Positions 63,998 to 64,000 of a DNA stretch of 64,000 nt are shown here, piece by piece. Origin of the DNA: Octopus sinensis (taxonomy: Eukaryota); assembly GCF_006345805.1 (NCBI RefSeq), contig NC_042997.1, forward strand, positions 33,356,001-33,420,000, written 5' to 3'. A program made the position numbers and the translations under genes. The notes beneath the pieces are model-generated. The model saw only the letters and a program-made list of their open reading frames with translations, did no database searches and was not told where the DNA came from. Each line of letters begins with the position of its first letter. The stretch's first letter is position 1.

Positions 63998-64000
63998 GAA

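Overview
AT-rich, repeat-dominated eukaryotic genomic DNA. The microsatellite density and tRNA-derived SINE types point to an octopus-like cephalopod (inferred, not database-checked). No intact protein-coding gene is visible. The only plausible host coding piece is a short terminal exon at 63914-63997 (+), so most of the window may be intronic. Contents: many tRNA-derived SINEs (my labels A, B, C, E, with interchangeable 3' tails); LINE remnants (CR1-type with long RT, several RTE fragments, a 5'-truncated R4/Dong-type element in TAA tracts, L1/Tx1-type fragments); two decayed mariners and a mariner MITE; a hAT MITE; several non-autonomous Helitrons; and Penelope-like remnants carrying minimal hammerhead ribozyme motifs. 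Most notable: (1) a 1.7-kb ORF1-only (HAL1-like) L1/Tx1 element with both ends and a TSD, whose 3' end matches the tail of the commonest SINE here and which sits inside that SINE's head; (2) that SINE forms dimers/trimers at one fixed internal junction, several flanked by perfect TSDs; (3) a body-by-tail mosaic of SINE families; (4) hammerhead motifs from several unrelated remnants. Coordinates were read by eye and may be off by a few bases.
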